20,285 nt of DNA from Dehalococcoidia bacterium (GTDB lineage: Bacteria > Chloroflexota > Dehalococcoidia > DSTF01 > JACRBR01), in assembly GCA_041494685.1 (NCBI GenBank), contig JBGQBE010000001.1:124001-144285 (forward strand), read 5' to 3'. Shown here in pieces: positions 16,677 to 20,285 of this stretch. The position numbers and the translations under genes were made by a program. The notes beneath the pieces are model-generated. The model saw nothing but the letters and a program-made list of their open reading frames with translations, was not told the DNA's origin and did no database searches. Numbering within the stretch: position 1 is the stretch's first letter; the number at the start of each line of letters is the position of its first letter.

Positions 16677-17524
16677 GGGCGATTATCCGGCAGACACGGA
16701 AACGATGCTAGACTAGGGGTATGCCACGTATCGAAATCGGGGCTGGCATCGTGCTAGCCATTGCTGCCCCTTTGGGGCTACTCAACGACGTTTGGATTAT
16801 TGTTGGGCTGGGCCTGTTCGCGCTGATCTTGATCGTCCATGGGGCGTATGACGAGTGGATCAAGCCACGCTTTCGCATAGAGCATCGACTGACGGATTGG
16901 CTAGTCCGGCGTTCTTGGAAAGTGAGTGTGGAGCGCAAGCCTGCATTGAATTTCCTAATTCGAGCATCGTCTGGAAGTTCGGGGTATGAGATAAGCATCA
17001 CGAGACAAAAGGATGCACGTGACGACCTCATCGGATTCACTGGTGTGGTGCCACTACCCGATGATGGCTCGATCGAACAGCTAGAGACATTTTCTGCGAT
17101 CGAGCGGTTAATCTTGATCTCTGATATCCGAATTGTGATAGCGAGTGCTGGCTTAGGATTCGAGTTTTTGAAGTCGCCGGATCAACGAATCTTTTGGCCG
17201 CCGCAGGTCATCATTCAGGCAGCCATCCCTCAAGATCACACTCTTTCTCAACACGGCATCGACATCACCGGAAAATCGGTCGAGTCAGTGATAATCACCG
17301 CGCGAGACGTGATCCGTAAGGCCGCTTTGGCTCACATTACTTCGCCTCAATCAATTCCTGATATGGAAGCGGCTCCGCCCGAATCAGCTTTATGAGCGTG
17401 TCGCGGAGCAGGAACGGGTTATCGCGATTGTTGAAGCGCCGCGCCATTTCATCGACGTAGGACTGCAAATGCTTTTCCGAAAGCTGGTAGTAAGGACCAA
17501 TCACCGACCGCTTGAGAAGGCTCC
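16677..17524. mobile_element. Truncated IS1595-family element carrying a passenger gene
   Basis: Lower GC by eye. Begins GGGCGATTATCC, matching the ggnnatTAT end I recall for the ISNwi1 group. Contains a transposase C-terminus and is flanked by ACAGCTA at 16670-16676 and 17525-17531. Confidence 0.72.
16721..17395 (+). CDS. Hypothetical membrane protein (two N-terminal TM helices plus a soluble domain), IS passenger
   Basis: 224-aa ORF with foreign codon usage. TGcTAGACT lies 6 nt before the ATG. Confidence 0.75.
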   Translation: MPRIEIGAGIVLAIAAPLGLLNDVWIIVGLGLFALILIVHGAYDEWIKPRFRIEHRLTDWLVRRSWKVSVERKPALNFLIRASSGSSGYEISITRQKDARDDLIGFTGVVPLPDDGSIEQLETFSAIERLILISDIRIVIASAGLGFEFLKSPDQRIFWPPQVIIQAAIPQDHTLSQHGIDITGKSVESVIITARDVIRKAALAHITSPQSIPDMEAAPPESAL

Positions 17525-17528
17525 ACAG
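17337..17528 (-). pseudogene. IS1595-family (ISXO2-like DDE) transposase C-terminal fragment
   Basis: Hand translation gives LWSLLKRSVIGPYYQLSEKHLQSYVDEMARRFNNRDNPFLLRDTLIKLIRAEPLPYQELIEAK*, matching WSxLKRxxxGxYHxxSxKHLQxYxDExxxRFN. An in-frame TAG lies immediately upstream and there is no start. Confidence 0.85.
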
Positions 17529-17542
17529 CTACGCGCTCACCA

Positions 17543-18514
17543 CTACGGCACCTGGTCCAGGTACTCCGACAGGCCGTAGCCGACGGCGTCGCCGCAGCGG
17601 AACTCCGTCATCCCCTCGCCGACGTGCGTGGTGAGGCCCTCGCGCCGGTTCCGCAGCGGGATGAAGCCCATCACCCTGCCGGTGACGTCCATCTCCTCGC
17701 CGGTCCCGAGCTTCAGGTGCGCCACCAGGCTCTTGTGGAAGAGGCCGCCCCCGTCGAACTCCGTCTCGATATCGACCGCGGTGATCGGATCGATCTTGTC
17801 GCCGCGCACGACGACGCCGCTCTGCGTGCGGTGCTCCGGGTCACGCCAGATCGTCGAGACCATCATCCCGAAGTCCGGCGCGAAGTTGATCGTCAGCCAG
17901 CGGTACGAGTAGATCGCCTGCCAGTAGCGCGGCCCCCACGAGTGGTCGCGCAGCCCCAGTCCGTCGATCTGCAGCGTCTCGCCATCGACCTGCACGGTGC
18001 CGTGGACGCGCATGTGCTGCTCGTAGTGCGCCTTCGCGAACTCCTTCTCCGGGTCGACGACCTTGTGGTTCGCGCCGCTGCTGCCGTACGCGGGGCCGGC
18101 CGCCTCGTGCACCAGGTCCAGCCTCACCTTCTTGAACGGGTTGTTCTTGAACGCCGCGCGCGGGTCCGCCATCTGCTCTGGCTCCGTCAGGTACACGGCC
18201 GAGCCGTCGTACGTCGTGCGCAGCTTCTTCAGCCCGTCGATGACCTCGAAACGCATGCCGCCGGCGTCCATCGCGTCGTTGTCCGTGATCTCCGGGCGCT
18301 TGTACTGGAACAGCACGCTGCCGTCCGGCATGTAGAGCGTCAGCGTCATCTCCGCGTAGCCCTCGTTCGCGCGGTTGCCCAGGCGCACGAAGCCGCCCGC
18401 GTTGCGCGCGCGGTCGAAGAAGTTGAAGTACATGCTCTCGTTGAAGTTCGACTCCGGCCCCAGCGGGTGCGTGTAGTCGTCCTGCGCCGTGATGTCCCCG
18501 TAGACCGCGACCAT
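17543..18514 (-). CDS. Conserved hypothetical protein, probable CrtC/tocopherol-cyclase-like beta-barrel fold
   Basis: Motifs NESMYFNF, HYEQ and GLRDHSWGPR. ATG 18514 with a GGAGG RBS and host-like codons. Confidence 0.7.
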   Translation of the reverse strand: MVAVYGDITAQDDYTHPLGPESNFNESMYFNFFDRARNAGGFVRLGNRANEGYAEMTLTLYMPDGSVLFQYKRPEITDNDAMDAGGMRFEVIDGLKKLRTTYDGSAVYLTEPEQMADPRAAFKNNPFKKVRLDLVHEAAGPAYGSSGANHKVVDPEKEFAKAHYEQHMRVHGTVQVDGETLQIDGLGLRDHSWGPRYWQAIYSYRWLTINFAPDFGMMVSTIWRDPEHRTQSGVVVRGDKIDPITAVDIETEFDGGGLFHKSLVAHLKLGTGEEMDVTGRVMGFIPLRNRREGLTTHVGEGMTEFRCGDAVGYGLSEYLDQVP

Positions 18515-18665
18515 GTGCTGCCTCCAGACTCGGGCTCGCGCTTCGGTTTCGCGCGTGACCCGCAACAGCCAGTCTAGGCCAGCGGCGGCGGATAGGGAAC
18601 TACCCCGTCGTTATTCGTTGCACGCAGTGCCTTCGAGCGCCGTCCTGCGCTTTCACCAGCTTGAT

Positions 18666-18689
18666 GGAGGAACTCACGTGAGTTCCTCC
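18666..18689. repeat. Perfect 24-bp palindrome overlapping a stop codon
   Basis: GGAGGAACTCACGTGAGTTCCTCC equals its own reverse complement. Confidence 0.95.
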
Positions 18690-20285
18690 TCTTCCTCTCG
18701 GGTCTTGGCGTGCACCATACGTTCACGCAACGATGCCAGTAGCCTTTCCACCCACTGCCTGACAGCGGGTTCCCGGTCATCGCGCCACTGTTTGGCGGTA
18801 GCCGATTTCTGCTCCAGATACGTGACCTCACTTCCCCACCACACGCCAGAGGTGAAGTTGCCGGCAAGGATTCCACCGACAGCATCTCCCTGCTTAATCA
18901 AGAGTAGGCGTGCGACGCCCGAAAGGTGTGCTCCTTCTGGCTTCACAGCGTGAGCCATCATTCTCGCGCCCTTCGCCCCGTGCGCGTCGAGCCATTCGCC
19001 AAGTACATCCAAGTCCACTGCGTCGATCAGGTTTAGCTGTTCAAGTGCAATGGAGAGTCGAAATACACCGCTTCGAAGCAGTGCCGAGCCAATGACCTTC
19101 CACACCTCGCGTGGATTAAGCTCAAGAGCGCGCCGAAGGAGCGGGAGCCGGTCGTCTCGATAGGCGGGCTGCCCCTGCGTGTACATTCGCACGATGAGGC
19201 GCGCCATGCGCACGGGATTCAGTTCGACCAGCCGCGACGCGACCCTCGCTGCGTAGTAAGGAATCATCCGCGACTGACCCCAGGTAGACGGGGACTCTAT
19301 TACCTGCCATGAGAGGCGCACGAGTTCGCGTGGCGCCTCCTGCGTGGGCAACGCGTCGTCCAACACAGAAAGCGCAGCCTCTACCGAAGCTGGAGACTCA
19401 TCACGTACGAGAAGTCGTAGCAACCGGACCAGTAACGGCCGCGAAACGTCTTCAGCCCAGCGCCCCCACGCCAGCCAGAATAGGTTCGCGGGCGATAGGT
19501 AGCCCGCCTCCACCATTTTGATTGTCCTACGAGCGGAATTGTCGCTCGGACCGCTTCTCGCTGTTGCGTCAATAGCCAGACGCGCGAGAACAGCGTCAGT
19601 TGCCCAGCCGTTCAGCAGGTGGTCCACCCACGCGCTGTCGCCAGCATTCGAACGGCCATGGAGATAACCGCTAAGCATGCGCGTGTCGGACGCCACCTTC
19701 GCGGCCTCAAACAGCAAATCAAACCATCTCCGCTCCACATCTAGCTCACCCAATCGATATGCAAACGGCCAGACAGCCGCGGCTTCACCAGAGAAAAGCC
19801 AAGGGACGACCTCCATCAATTCGACTGTTCGACGCACTGCGTCTTCCGCGAGGTGACGCGCGATTTCTTCCGGTTTGTCAACTGCCTCGTCTTCTCCGGG
19901 CCAATCAACACTTGCGAAGCTTCCGGTATACCGTTTGATTCTGTCAGGAAGGCGTTCGCCGTAGATTTGGGATGCGCACAATTCCAACCGCTGTTTTGCC
20001 TCGTCCGTTAGAGCATCGTGGTCCCACTTCAACACGCCTCTGATTGATTCCCATATATCTCGCTTCTCCGCCTCGCTCTCGCCCTGTATCTGCTCAAACC
20101 AAGAAGTCACTTCCTCGGCCAATCCAAAACGAACGAGCGAACGGGCATGCTGGGTAAACACGCCTCGGGCGATGCGTCGTACCTCTGGAGAATTATCCTC
20201 GAATCCGCGAGAGACCAGTTCGAGGCCGCGTCGCTTTACATCCCACACTTCTTGGTTCGTTCTCGGCCGCCAATGGGGCCGGGGA
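18674..20285 (-). CDS. C-terminal part (>530 aa) of a large alpha-helical hypothetical protein; 5' end lies outside the window
   Basis: The frame stays open upstream of 20248 to the window edge (PRPHWRPRTNQEVWD...). Lower GC, with Leu/Ala/Trp-rich amphipathic helices. Confidence 0.8.
   Translation of the reverse strand, partial: PRPHWRPRTNQEVWDVKRRGLELVSRGFEDNSPEVRRIARGVFTQHARSLVRFGLAEEVTSWFEQIQGESEAEKRDIWESIRGVLKWDHDALTDEAKQRLELCASQIYGERLPDRIKRYTGSFASVDWPGEDEAVDKPEEIARHLAEDAVRRTVELMEVVPWLFSGEAAAVWPFAYRLGELDVERRWFDLLFEAAKVASDTRMLSGYLHGRSNAGDSAWVDHLLNGWATDAVLARLAIDATARSGPSDNSARRTIKMVEAGYLSPANLFWLAWGRWAEDVSRPLLVRLLRLLVRDESPASVEAALSVLDDALPTQEAPRELVRLSWQVIESPSTWGQSRMIPYYAARVASRLVELNPVRMARLIVRMYTQGQPAYRDDRLPLLRRALELNPREVWKVIGSALLRSGVFRLSIALEQLNLIDAVDLDVLGEWLDAHGAKGARMMAHAVKPEGAHLSGVARLLLIKQGDAVGGILAGNFTSGVWWGSEVTYLEQKSATAKQWRDDREPAVRQWVERLLASLRERMVHAKTREEEEELT

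Noticed and set aside
18590..18681. Short + strand frame with CxxC (IRCTQC) ending at the palindrome
   Set aside because: No start or RBS and too short to support, although a gene remnant cannot be excluded.

Overview
This is a high-GC bacterial chromosomal window. Gene content (class-V aminotransferase beside serA, Pro/Thr-rich linkers, MacAB-like pump with no TolC) suggests Chloroflexota or another monoderm, but that is inference only. The genes, in order, are: end of an upstream CDS; a 7-blade beta-propeller protein; a minus-strand MacAB-type operon (long adaptor, ATPase, permease); a secreted S8 protease; a C-terminally short UDP-glucose dehydrogenase; a YdjM-like hydrolase; a metzincin-like lipoprotein; a class-V aminotransferase plus serA; GNAT, CapA-like and SDR genes; an HNH protein; a DinB-like protein; a lower-GC cassette; a hypothetical protein; and the 3' part of a large lower-GC alpha-helical protein running off the right edge. 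The most notable signals are not in the ORF track. (1) Three families of heptamer tandem repeats sit just after stop codons, and two arrays form long hairpins. (2) One of these hairpins is split by an ~850-bp insert with an IS1595-like end, a passenger gene, a truncated IS1595-type transposase tail and a 7-bp ACAGCTA flanking duplication. (3) There is a probable RAYT/Y1 transposase remnant at the left edge. (4) Near-perfect palindromes overlie some stop codons. All family assignments come from motif recognition, not database searches.
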